Of a stretch of DNA of 64,000 bases, positions 23,136 to 35,381 are shown one piece after another (position 1 is the first letter of the stretch; each line of letters opens with the position of its first letter). Source of the stretch: Paecilomyces variotii (taxonomy: Eukaryota). The notes under the pieces are model-generated. The model was not told where the DNA came from and did not search any database. It saw nothing but the letters and a program-made list of their open reading frames with translations. The DNA is taken from the NCBI GenBank assembly GCA_004022145.1, contig RCNU01000003.1, one strand, 5' to 3'. Made by a program: the position numbers and the translations under genes.

Positions 23136-23750
23136 CCGAAGAAGAAAAGGTGTTGTTTTCAACAATAATGATTTGATTTCCTCATCGAGAGGCATGGGTA
23201 ACGAGGTCTCTTCGGTGTTATTTTCTGTTTGGCGTTCCGGATCCATCGAAACAAGCGGGATATCTGGTCTTTGACTCTTCTGGCGGCCGTCAGTAATCGC
23301 GGCTGCGGAAGCGTACATTTTTTTCTTTTTCATATCTTCTTCGACTTCTACTTCTACCGATCACGATCACGATTTGAGCCACTTTCGATTCACCTTCTAG
23401 AGTTTATTTAGACACATGATACGTACACGGTATCTTATATTTTTGTTTATCTAATCCAGTCCTTTCCCTGGTGGAATTCTACCTCCTTGCCGTTTCTATA
23501 GGTCGTCCATTTTTTCTTTTTCTATTATTGACTTTCGAGTATTTCAACCGTATATGGTGGTGGGTATCATTCGCAGAAACATCTGCTCTCTAGGCGCTAA
23601 TCTAGCTTCCTCAAATCAAAACACATGATCACGACAACTCCCATAAAACGCCATGCACAGAAAACCAACCCCGCATCTCACCAACTTAGAAAAAGAAAAA
23701 AAAAAAAAAAAAAAGGAGAGAAGGCCAGCTTTGATACGCAATATCCCCAC

Positions 23751-24420
23751 TCACAACCACTTCCTCCCCGCCGCAGCAACTCTCGACCGAAACACCGGAC
23801 TCCGAATCTCTGTCCCCTGCTTATAAAACGGACTCATGACCGTCTTGACGTAATTCTCATACACTTCATTCAGGAATTGCCGGATCGCCTCCTCAGTCTG
23901 CGGAGACGTCGGGTTCGCAGCGATAGAAGTCGACGAGGCGCGCGAGCTGCTCCCGCCGCCGAGGGCGGAGGAAGACATGGAAGCGGCTAGGGAGGAGGAT
24001 GAGGAGGGGAGTTGGGGCGGTTGGTGAAGGAGGAGGAAGCGGGCGCCGGAGGGGGTGAGGAATGCGGAAATGTGTGCCGCGGTGGGTGGGTAGGTGTCGA
24101 TGTGTTTGAGGTACCTGTTTGTGGTTCGATATATGATCAGTTTGATATTCGAGAGAGAGAGAGAGGTTGAGGGTGAGGGGAGGGGGTGGATGGTAGGTCA
24201 TGCAAGACACAGTTCAGGGGACAACGTACATAGCACCATTCATCCATTGTACTTCCTCAACGACATCCAAACTGGAATGGATAATGAATTGATTCATATA
24301 TCGCGCCGTATCCGGGAAGCGGAATCGAGCAATGCCATCCCCGCCAGCTTTGGACGTGCCGAATGTGAGGGTGAAGAGCGGGACATCGGTCGGGGAGAGA
24401 ATGGTGAAGTAGTAGGACAT
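23751..24420 (-). CDS. TRS20: TRAPP complex subunit Trs20/sedlin (184 aa)
   Basis: Exons 24420-24230 and 24114-23751. MSYYFTILSPTDVPLF...NQFIIHSSLDVVEE..W...MYLKHID...ISAFLTPSGARFLLLH...IRQFLNEVYENYVKTVMSPFY. Confidence 0.93.
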
Positions 24421-24979
24421 TGTTGCGACTTCCCCTTTTGGGAAGGGGAGTTGAAACCTGATAGTCTGCACTGGAGGGTTTTCTTGGGAAAGAGATCAAG
24501 TCGTAATAGGAGCTGTTCTTTTAACGAGGCTCTTGTACCCTCAAATAGACGATAGTTAACTATTGACGTTCGGGTACTGAGAAGCTCGGACTAAGTTGTC
24601 GTTTAGTCTGGAGTAGATGGATCACGTGATACGGAGATAAGACTGGCGTTAACTATCAGCTCTGCTCATATCGACAATGTGACTCTGGTATTTTGAGTAT
24701 ATGTCAACAGAGGACAGCAGGTAAATAGTGAGATCTATGATGTGATAAGCCCTTAATTGAATTATTCTAGCTAAAGGACACAGACTCTGTGTGGTAGCAA
24801 CACTGTCCTTAGGGCTGTGTTCTACCTGCCCTAGTTACTACTATGAGTGTGACAAAAGCTATCGCGCCTAGCTATTATTCTAACCCCAATTGCTCAGTTC
24901 GTCATCGGATAATGGCGTATAATACGTATCATTATTACCACAGCAGTATCTAGGCTTATCAGGGTCGTTCTATCCGTTG

Positions 24980-26470
24980 TCAGCCTATGTTCAGGCGACG
25001 GAGTCCAAACTGGACACTCGGCTCAGACTCCTCTTCCTCTTCTTCCTCTTCCTCTTCTTCCTCTTCCTCTTCTTCGACTTCGTTTCTCCAAGACAAGCCA
25101 GCACCCGCCGGCCTATGGAAATCTGGGTCAAGATCCTCATCTGAAGCGTCGGCCGCCCCACTCATAGCAAGAACACGATGTAAAGTCCACTGGAGCTGGA
25201 GTAATTTAACCGATGGCAGAGGAAGTTTGACTGGATCCGTCGTACGGAAAGTGAGGACATCGCCAGACCTAATCTTCTCCTCAGTTGCGAGCCTGAATAG
25301 CTTGGCAGAAGGTATGCCGTCCCTGGTGCTGGAGATAAGATCGGGGGCAATAGGCGACGGAAGTCGGGTGATTGACTGGCTTTTACGATAATCCATTGTA
25401 TGCAGCCAAAAGAATTTCACGGTCAGGGTTGTTTCGTCATCGCTCAGCTGAAGTGGGTATAGAGCAAAACGAGCCTTTTCCCACAATTGATGGGCGATAT
25501 TACTGAAGCACATGAGATTGGCGCAATGCTCGGTTGCTTGAGGTCCCAGTACTTTGGCCTTCCAGGAGTTAATCTTTTCTAGTGTCCAGAAGTTAGACAG
25601 AGTTTCCCAAAACTGCTCCTGTTCTATCTTGCTCTTCTGACCCAGAGAAACAGGGTAGATATGTGCTATCTCTATCGGCTCTGTGAAACCAGTGATAAGG
25701 CAAGTAGAATCGTCTCATTTTTCGCATTAAGGTAGATTAGTAGATAGTTCGGACATGTTATAATAGTTTAAAATTACTAGCTTTCTGGCAGACTTCTTGC
25801 GAGCGGTACTAGTTTTGCTTGATGTTATGCTGGGCTTGGCCAAAGAAGTGGTCGCCTTCTGGGGGCTTGGTCCGGTGACTAGCTTGGGAATCTTTGATGG
25901 AGATTTTCCCATGGCATCAGCTTTTCTCTTCCGCCAAGTATCCACGCGGTGCACTAGATGGATGTGTGATACTCTCCCTGGCACGAATCCGACGTATTTC
26001 AAGGACTTCGACGCTCTCTTCCTCCATCGGGATGTCGAAGGTTTGGACGACATCAGGTTCGAAACCCCGTATTCTGACGGGCAGACAAATTGAAGAATTC
26101 ACAGGACTCGATGCTAAAAATAGTATGCACTCGGTATCAGATATTTCCAATCTCAGGAAGACTATATACTTTCGGATGTAGTCGATCACGAAGGCATACT
26201 AGCTTTGCGTCCCATATGTACCAGGTAGTAGTGGATGGAGCAATAACCCTCTGCTCCTTGCTGGATCAGCTTATCGGAGATCTTTCGCATAAGATCACGA
26301 AAGCTTTGGCATTCTTCCCCATCTGGGTTATCTCTATAAAGACCAGATCTCCATGAACTGCCACGCAAAGGTATAATTATATAAGAAGCTAGCAATGATA
26401 TATATATAGCATTGACAGGCTTAAGCTGCCCGGTGCTTGGATTCTCTAGCAAGCTCAGGATATTTATCCT
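24980..26470 (-). pseudogene. HNH-endonuclease (fungal HNH_2/Crinkler-type) pseudogene
   Basis: From 25726 the frame reads CEK*DDSTCLITG..EIAHIYPVSL..FW..W..TEHCANLMCFSNIAHQLWEKARFALYP..PLPSVKLLQLQWTLHRVLAMSGAA. There is an in-frame TGA at 25717-25715, the intron 25777-25727 ends in AA instead of AG, and the 5' part is broken across frames. The 5' boundary is approximate. Confidence 0.8.
25029..25075 (-). repeat. (GAA/GAG)n trinucleotide repeat encoding poly-Glu in the HNH tail
   Basis: tcctcttcctcttcttcc... on the + strand, EEEEEEEEEEEEEEEE in ORF 24980..25513. Confidence 0.9.
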
Positions 26471-28477
26471 CATGGGTGGAGCTCGCTAAGGAAAAGATGC
26501 GGGAAAGCTCCTGGCGCCTAGGTAGGGAGTTGCCGAGGGAAGGTATCAGGAGGAAGACTTAACCAGAGAGATAGAGTAGGTGAGAATAAAAGTGGTGAAT
26601 GATTTGGAGATAAAGGATTCACCGGGGATTTTACTAGACGTCTAGTAATGGGTGATAGACGAGATGATAATGTATTATGAATAGTATTGCTAGTAGCGTG
26701 AATATAGAACGCCTCTTTCCATCTATTTTGATATCTATCTGACCCAAAGACAGTAGCCACATATCATCACTTTCACTTGCGGAAGTTTCCACCGAGTAGG
26801 ATACTCATGTGTGAATATTTTGGGGAATGTTCATTTGAGGCCTGAAGGCGAAGGTATGACTGTTGTACCGAAAAGGAAGCCAATGCCATGATCCACAGAG
26901 ACTGGTAACTTGGTGTTTGGAGCCTTCGAGATATGAAATTTTCCAGGGCCCTTTACTGTGAAGTTAATAGTTAATGAAGATAGTTATACGACGGGATAAC
27001 AACCTATTCATTAGGATTAGAAAATCCTGGTACTGATCTTTAATTTGAAATGAGAGGGAGTCTGAAGGGAGAAAGTAAAATAAATTGCACATTGGGATCA
27101 ATGGTAAGGACCAGGGAATTGAACATAACTCACTAAGTTGACGTACTGGAATGTACTGCTGCAATAATCTTAAACAGTTCCGTGCCAGCCAACTTTCTTA
27201 ATCTACTAATTTCTTTCATAGGCTGTACACAATCATTATCTAATGGTCTGTTTTGGTATTTGTAACCATGTTGTGGCACGAAATATCTCCGTGACCTTTC
27301 AAGTACACAGTACTGTAAACCAGTAACTTTTATGTACCCCCAGCGGTCTCTCTGAGCCACATGTAAATTAAAGGTGATGGAACGGAGACTTTTAGCATGC
27401 AGGCCACTGGCAGTGCTATGGATAAAGAAAAATACCATTCCACCAATATACTCCTTGACGAGGTGATCACCAGCCAAACACCTCGTCAACAAGGATGCTA
27501 GCTAAGGCCTGCCGTGGCTGGGTACCGGGAGTAGAATCTACGCCATCCGGAAACAGTGGCCGTGGGAACTGGAATTTGCATCCATTTCTGTGGTATCTCA
27601 GTGGACAGTAGTACTCCGGTAAACTCTCACAATCTCTCATGTGCGTAACCAGGCCCCAAGCAGAAAGACATGCCCCTCGATGGTCAATTATTTGGATATA
27701 ACTGTAATCAAAGAGTAAGAACAAGAAGGTCACCTTAGATATCTTTGGCGCTGCCTAGCTAATACACGAGAGGACCGAGGCGTTAGTGTGTCTGGACAAC
27801 ATAGCTTGTCCTAAGGACGTAAAGGTTTAAACTATTATTGCAAACTTGCAGTAGATAGTGTACCGCCACCACTGGAAGGAGGGCCAAGATTCCCGATGCT
27901 TATTAGCGTTCTGGCGGCAATACTGTGGATGTAAACTTGGGTAAGGCAGTTTGCAGGTCCCATTGCAAAGTCCATGGTATTTAACAGTCATGGATTGCGG
28001 TATGTTAGACAATCAAAAGTGATGCTATCAAGAATGATTCAAGTGATCCATAACCGACTAGATACAGGGATTACCAAAGACCAGGCCAACGGGCCTGCGG
28101 GAGAATAATGGTGCATCATGGACCACGATGAGGTCCTCAGACCTCCAGGGCCAGCTGCGGAGCCTGACTCGTACGCGATTTTCGTGGCCAACTTAGCTAG
28201 CCACAGGTTATACCAAAAAAGATTATTCTTGCAGGTCGTTATTTCTCTCCTGGCCACAAGCCTATCAAAACTCGTCTGATAAGCTGTAGTTGTAGATCGG
28301 ATCGATTATCCACCGAGCAGGACATGCGTAAACTGTCGACGGCTTGTTTCAGATATCTCGATATCTAATAGATAGAGAAACGGAGTGAGTATTTATTTCT
28401 ACAGCGGGGGGCGCACTCCTAGTCCTCTTCCTTTCGATACGAAATCCAGAACGCCGACACTACAACGTTAACGCATC

Positions 28478-29314
28478 ATGACTACCACCACTGAGACCCT
28501 CACGCCGGAGAAACTCGCAGAGGCGAAAGCCAACTTCAAGAAGGATGGATTCGTGATAATCCCCAACGTGATCTCGACTGAGAAAGCCAAGGAGGTGCTG
28601 GATCGCCTCTGGAAGGCCCGAGATGAGAGCGAACGTCGAGGCGATCCGACCCATCTGGCATGGCTCGACCCCAACGAGAGTAACGTCCGTGTTTTCTATC
28701 TGATGAACCTGGACCCGATCTTCCTGGAATTGATTCAGCACCCGACCGCCATCCAGATAGTGAAGGCAGCTCTGGAATCGGATAATTTCCTCATTTCCAA
28801 CTTCACCGCCAACATCGCGCGACCGGGGTCCAAGTCCATGGGTCTGCATTCAGACCTCTCTCTGCAATGCCCCGCGCCTTGGGAGAAGACGTGGGCGGCC
28901 AATGTAATCTGGTGCATCACCGACATCTACGAGGAAAACGGAGCAACCATGTACATTCCCGGCAGTCACCAGTGGAAAACCCCAGACGACGTGATCAGTG
29001 GGGAAGAAGAAAAGAAATTATACAAGCCGTTCGAAGCCAAGGCTGGCTCCATCGTGGTCATGGACGGCCGCCTCTGGCATAATTCCGGCAGCAACGTCAC
29101 CAAGGACGTCGACCGAGCGCTTTTATTCGGGGCATACAATGCACCTTTCCTGCGCGGTCAGGTCAATTGGGCCGTGGGTCTCTCGGACGAGGTAAAGGCC
29201 ACTTTGAGCCCGCAGATGAGAGACTGGCTGGGAGTCAACCGGGATGGTAATCTTGGGGTGGTGACGGGAGAGAACGATGTCTTTAAAGAAGGGAAGGATG
29301 TTCCTCGAAATTAA
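28478..29314 (+). CDS. Phytanoyl-CoA dioxygenase (PhyH) family Fe(II)/2-oxoglutarate oxygenase (278 aa, intronless)
   Basis: FKKDGFVIIPNV, HxD motif GLHSD, ENGATMYIPGSH, AKAGSIVVMDGRLWHNSG.N....R facial triad and 2OG-binding Arg. Confidence 0.92.
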   Translation: MTTTTETLTPEKLAEAKANFKKDGFVIIPNVISTEKAKEVLDRLWKARDESERRGDPTHLAWLDPNESNVRVFYLMNLDPIFLELIQHPTAIQIVKAALESDNFLISNFTANIARPGSKSMGLHSDLSLQCPAPWEKTWAANVIWCITDIYEENGATMYIPGSHQWKTPDDVISGEEEKKLYKPFEAKAGSIVVMDGRLWHNSGSNVTKDVDRALLFGAYNAPFLRGQVNWAVGLSDEVKATLSPQMRDWLGVNRDGNLGVVTGENDVFKEGKDVPRN

Positions 29315-31002
29315 GGAACTGCGTTGGCGGGATGATAGTTGAGAGATAGGATAAAATGTCCAAGGGGGAACAGGATTTCCATAGTTGACAATAATGATAA
29401 AGACATACAGCTTCTCTCCCAACCCTTCCTGGTCGTTCTTAAATGGCGTCTATCTAGAGATTGAAAGGGCCCAACTAATTACGGAGTATCATTACTTCTA
29501 GTTATCCCTCCGTACTCCAAGTCTCCAACCGTCAGGCCTATGATAGATGTCAAGCTTTCTTTTGACACCTGTCAAAGCTAAGTTTGCTCGGCCCGTTTCC
29601 GTTCGTCTGTACTAGTCTACTAGATACTAGTATAGTCCCACCACTGCCGTCGTTTCTTCATCCAATTTAGATAGGGCACAAAGTCGGGATGACAATCCTG
29701 TCGATCATTTCAAGTTGCCCAATCAAATAACTAGTTCCTGGGGAAGAGCAAAAAGTCATAAAGCGGACATGGCTGGAACGGTCGGTTCGGCTGTTAGGGT
29801 GAAGAAATTCCCGGAGATCTTCAAGCCGCTAAGTAATTAGGCAGCCCAACTTCGCCTTAAAGCAAGCTGCTAACGCTCTAGTTCTGACATGGTCATTAAC
29901 TAAATCCTTGGGCTTTGGCATCCGCGAGCCGCGAGGAAAATCGAGAAGCTAGCAGCCTATTAGTCGCTCCTTGTCTCTAAGTATTTTTCCGTAGAACATC
30001 CTATTTGAGTAACGGCATTGGATTACAGTTACTTCGTATATCATTGACTTTCAGTCATGGACGATGTTTTTCACTGGATTGGGTTCACCATCTCCCCCGG
30101 AATTTGTACGAGATGGAGTGGCCTTAGATATCGTCTGTAATGTCGACCTGTTCCGTAAACTAGCATAGTGGGCGTTGACGACTTATCATAATCGAGGAGT
30201 TACAAAGGGGAAAGAAAAGGAGATAGTCTGTGCAATAATCAATTCAAGTGTCCTGTCCTCTGTCTATGGTATAGCGGACCGCAATGAGAGGCGGGGGTTT
30301 CCCTGCCAAGCTCTCCCCTGCTAAGCGCCGAAATACAGACAGACCCTTTGTAGCTCGGAAGTTTTTCTACGTAATATTTCCTAGCTCGTTGGGAGCACCG
30401 TGACGACGCCAGATCAATAGTGATGGTGGCAACCAAGCGTCTTCGAGGACTCCTGGTAACTAATTCTCAAATTACTTTAGAATCTAGAATAGAGAGTATA
30501 AAGTTTTCCTTCCTGTGCTTGGTGCTTGGTGCTTGGGAGGTGTAGGTTTATAGAATAAGTATGTGTTGAGTTTCCGTCGACTACATCCGATTAGCATCTG
30601 TCACTTACTGTACGGAGCAATCTGAAGAGTCTCTCTATCTGAACAGTTAAGGGTAGCTACTGCCGAATTTTCAGGGATAATGGAATCAATCTTCCGATGG
30701 GAATTAATGCTATACTCCTACGGGTTCCCTAGACGCAGAAGGCGCTCAGATAATCATAGGTAGATTGCACTCACAGATCTAGTGATGCCTCAACGCCTTG
30801 TTCCAGGAGCGATCCTAGTGCTTCCATGTTTCATATTTTGCTTGACTCCCTTCTCCATGCACTTGGCGAGAAGAGTATATAATCCTTTTGGGACAGCTAT
30901 GCGACACGCGCCGCGGTGCTCGTGCTTTCTCATCGCCATCAAGGCCAACCACGAAAATCTTGGGACATTGGCCTCTGAACCCACTGGCGTTGTGATAGCA
31001 CA

Positions 31003-32407
31003 ATGGGTCTCTCAGATAATATGCAGCCCGCAACATGGGCCATTTCCATACCCTTTATCGTGATCACGGGAATCACTTGTCTGCTGCGGTTCTATTCTCG
31101 TCTCTATATCTCGAAGTCCTTTGGGGCGGACGACTGGTTTATGGTTGCTGCATCAGTGGGTGTTCACAATCCTTTTCAACCTTCAAACCTGACCCTGAAG
31201 TTTCTCCTGTCTAGGTATCATGGCTCGTCACAGAAGGGATCCTATGTCAGATGATCACCGATGGAGGAGGCAGGTGAGTTGAGATAATCCTGAAAAGACG
31301 AAGAAAGAACTGGACTGCAAAAAGGGTGATGAACTGATTGTCACCCTTCTCGTCCGATGTAGAGTAGATGCCCCAGCAGAAAACATTGCGAAGATCACCA
31401 TGGTGCGTTCCTTCTCCCCACTCCAAGGTCCGAAGGCCGTTTCATCTTGAAGAATTAAGAAACAAATTTAACTAAAACAAACAACAGCTACTTTTCATCA
31501 TCGAGTTCGTTTACATCCTGACGCAATTGCTGATCAAACTGTCATTCTTGACGTTCTATCTACGAGTCTTGAGCGGTTCGCCCGCATACCGGCTGATGGT
31601 GTTCTGTGCCATGGGATTCACCCTCGCTCAAACTGTTGCTGTGTGGCTATTTTACGGGTTGCAATGTATTCCCTTGGGCACGTTCTTCAATCCCAGCGCT
31701 TATCCAGAAGGGCACTGTATCCCGACTCCGTTGACATTGTATATCCCCGCTAGTCTTGTAAGTGACCTCCCTCTCCATTCTCCATGTGGCTATACTCCCC
31801 CCCAGACTCATTGATGCTAAATCGGGGCAATAATCAGAACGTCTTGACGGATCTCATCATCTACCTACTACCGATTTACCCTGTGTGGACTCTCCAAATG
31901 TCGAAGAAACGTCGGCTCGGTCTGATTTTCTGCTTCACCATCGGCGGCGGCACCATCATCGTGTCAGTTCTCAGATTCATCGTCCTCGTGCAGCTCGCCA
32001 GCGGCTCAAGAACAACATACGTCTACGGATCGGTGGATATTGTGACAACAATCGAGCTCAGCATCGCCATTATCACCGGCAACATGCCGTCCATGGTCTC
32101 AATCTACAAGCAACATGTCATGCGGATCCACGACCAAAGCAGTGACGGGAAGCCATCTCCTTACGAACTTGGGACCATGTCACGGTCACGGTCTCGTCGC
32201 ACACCTGCAAAGGGCAGTGTTGCCCTCAAGTCGCGGGAAGCCGATAATGAATCCGAGGAAGAGTTGTGCAACAAGGGAGAGATCATGGTTACCTCACATT
32301 TCAACGTGACAAGTAGCCAGAATAGTAGACCGGGAGATACGATGCCGTCTTCATATTATAAATTTACATCTGAGAGTCCTACGACAGAGATAGATGTGGT
32401 TCGTTGA
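31003..32407 (+). CDS. PTH11-like (fungal rhodopsin-domain) integral membrane protein without CFEM (~363 aa)
   Basis: Exons 31003-31155, 31215-31273, 31363-31402, 31488-31757 and 31838-32407 join in frame. Motifs LRFYSR...GADDW, IKLSFLTFYLR, QCIP, NVLTDLIIYLLPI..VWTLQM..KRRLGL, IE...AII.GNMP. Confidence 0.9.
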
Positions 32408-32743
32408 TTATTGCTTTCAGCCTGGTATTTAGAACACAACTACACGAGCAGATTCGATGAAGTTACGTTAAATTGAAATGTTCATTTTTTTTTTTTCATT
32501 AATGATACAGTCTTTGATTTCATTGGCTATTCTGTAGCTAACTACGTACATGAGGTACATGAAAGAAGAGGGAAAATGAATCTCAACACCCACATTATGG
32601 TACATCAGGAAAAGTCTAGACTCGAGACATTATTTTCTGGAAAAGCAATATTAGACACGGCTACAGAGAAAAGAAGTTTCTCGAATAGAGAAACGTTCAC
32701 GATGATGGTGAGGATGGTGTGAAATGTGATTGCCACACAAAGG

Positions 32744-34008
32744 CTAGTTCTCGTCGTTAGGAGGAGGGGGAGAAGATGCCTGGACCTGAGACTGCGGCTG
32801 GATACTAGGACGAGGCGCGGAAAGCCGAATTGGAAGTGAGGCTCGAATGTGAGACTGAGGTCGAGAAGCAGGATTCATTTGAATCTGCGCAGCAGACGAG
32901 GAGTGGTTATGAGGATATGTCTGGGATGCCGACTGACGTGGTGACGGTGCTGAAGTTTGATGAGCTGGAGAAGAAATCAAACTCGCACGACGGCTTCCTG
33001 TACCGGTATCGGCTGCGCGCAATGAAAGAAGAGACCGCGATAGACGTTTATTGTCCTCTTTCAGCTTTTTATTTTTCTGACAGATTACCTCGTCGTGAGA
33101 GCGGAGAAAAGCGATATCCACTTCAAGACCGTGGCGGGTGATACGGTTCCATTCATTGATTTTCTTAATCAACTCAACGCCGAGCTCTCCGCAGTCTTCC
33201 ATCAATTCCACGAATTGCCTGTGGTGGAGCAAGTCCTCGATCTGGTTGGCCATGGGAATGAGGACTGCTTCGTGCAGGTCCTCGTAGTTGCCCGTCTTAC
33301 GCTCGTAGATTTCTCTGACGCAGAGGAGGAAGCTTTCAGTGTGCCAATTGGTGGCACACCAGTGCTCGAAGCGTGTGTGAGCTAGGACGCGGAGCGTACC
33401 GACCATGTACTTGTCGGCTATGGCGTAGACTTTGAGAGAATCCGGGATGCGGACTGGATTATCAGCTTTGCTTTCACCCGAGAAGAGGCGAAGTCTCTCG
33501 CTTTTTTGTTCATGAGGCGGAGTGGGCAGAACAGCATCCTTGTCGTCAAAGGTATGGTGATAAAAGTAGGTGATGAGGTAGTCCACAATTTCCGGCTCGT
33601 CATCGTGCAATGTAATGATTCCGGTTTCCGCCTCCTGTACAACTCATCAGCTCCGTTCTACTCTCACCCTAGAAAGAAGCCTCCCAGATAGATATCTGTG
33701 GACACCCGCTGGATATCAGGCGGACATATACATACCCTGAATTTGCCATTGATAGCGGTGTCGAAAATATCGGATTGCGAACAAACGATGGCCTTGTGAA
33801 CTTTCCACTCACGATCTCCGCAGCGGATAGTGAAATCAGAATAGCTCCCATCTTCCAGAAGCTTACCCAGCAAGCCATGATAAAAACAGAACGACATATG
33901 CAACGTGGCTCCTTTGGGCAGCTTAGGCTCTTGATAAAAGGTCCGTCTCGGAGCAGGCTTTTTCGGTCTGGGGTTATCAGGGTCCGACCAATCCGAGTCT
34001 GAGTCCAT
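32744..34008 (-). CDS. BTB/POZ-domain protein (~387 aa)
   Basis: Exons 34008-33736 and 33634-32744. YSDFTIRCGDREWKVHKAIVCSQSDIF...KFR|EAETGIITLHDDEPEIVDYLITYFY...VYAIADKY, followed by a coiled coil and a low-complexity tail. Confidence 0.9.
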
Positions 34009-35381
34009 GTTTGTCTGACGATTGATCAGGAAGGCTGTCAGATGTATTTCACCTTCTGGTTTAAGATAGAAGCCGATGATCTGGCTGCTGATATAGGTCT
34101 AGATGCCGATGTTTAAAGAGAGTTGAGTGATTGGAGAGAAAACAGAAAGACGACAGGATCTCCGCGAGCAGTGTGAAAAGAGAAGAGCACTCGACTAACG
34201 CGCAGGATGGTAACCAGGTCTCATGAGGTCTTGACGAATGTTGCCTCTCCCGATACCTCCTGCGGACTTGCTTTCCGAAGAGATATCTGGCTCGGAGAAC
34301 CAGAACCGCGAAGCGAAACGGTATCTTGACTCAGAGAGTGGAAAGGAGAAGAAAAGAAATAGACAGCATTCTCTAGTGAACTTCTTTAAAATCCAAATCA
34401 GTGCAATTGTGTTAAGAGTCTGTGGCAGGCTTCGTTTACCAGCCGCGATATTCGACGTCACCTAGAAACGCAACCTAACCGCCGGAAACAGTAAGTAGCG
34501 GAACCCTGGGTCCGCTCTTATTACTGCGGCTGGGTTGTGAAAGAAAAAGGTGTTATGGAAGGTGAAAATAGATATGTTATTCCTTTGTTAGATGATCAAC
34601 AAACCTTTCTGTAATTAAACATGCAGGAAGAGGTACAGTACATGCGTGGTGCATCTTTTGCCGACGAGGAGCTCTTTATGTGGAAGCAACGTGGTTATGG
34701 TCCGATCTGGTTGGAACCAGCAAAGTATATCCGCATTTGGATAAGGACATTCCCCTCGGTACCGCTGCTCATCATCCGCTAGCCTTGTCATACTTTAATT
34801 CATAGTTGACGATCGACTGACTATCGAGGAAATTAGCTGGATATGAGCGTTGTCCCTGATGTTGAAGATGCTGGCATCATCTGTCGTTCACAGTCTCTGC
34901 GGGATTGTTTCGGAGACTAGAAACTCTAGGAAGACAGATTGATCTCATAGATGGGCTAATCGATTTCTGTTGTGCACAACTGCTGGCAAGTTCGATGATC
35001 TGTTCAACAGATAATGAGTTATTGTCCAAATACGAGGAGATTCAAATGATATACAATTCAATCTTTCTTCCGGGTGTTCTAGCCTCATGTTACACGCGTT
35101 ATTTTCACATGCGGAATCCTACAGAAATGACTGAGGTGAGACACACTCATCCAAGGAGAGTCAGACTCAGAAAGCGAATCCGCATCTCAACTTCAAGTAT
35201 CACCAAAGCAGAAAGGGCCAACTCCACACCTGCACTTCGAGGGAAAAGCAAGGAAACAGAGAGATATTCATGGGCCGTGAAGCATCATCAGGGAAAGATT
35301 ATCAACAAGTAAACGTGGACGACAGGCTAAGAGTACAGATCATTCGTATCATGACGGAAGAACAAAAGCGTACAACTTGGG

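Noticed and set aside
24621..24630. TCACGTGA E-box palindromes (24621, 45293, 55062)
   Set aside because: A common bHLH/Cbf1-type motif in fungal promoters, and the 45293 copy coincides with a splice donor; not informative alone.
34905..35312. 135-aa + strand ORF downstream of ECM14
   Set aside because: TTG start, no recognisable domain, and overlaps the likely ECM14 3'UTR.
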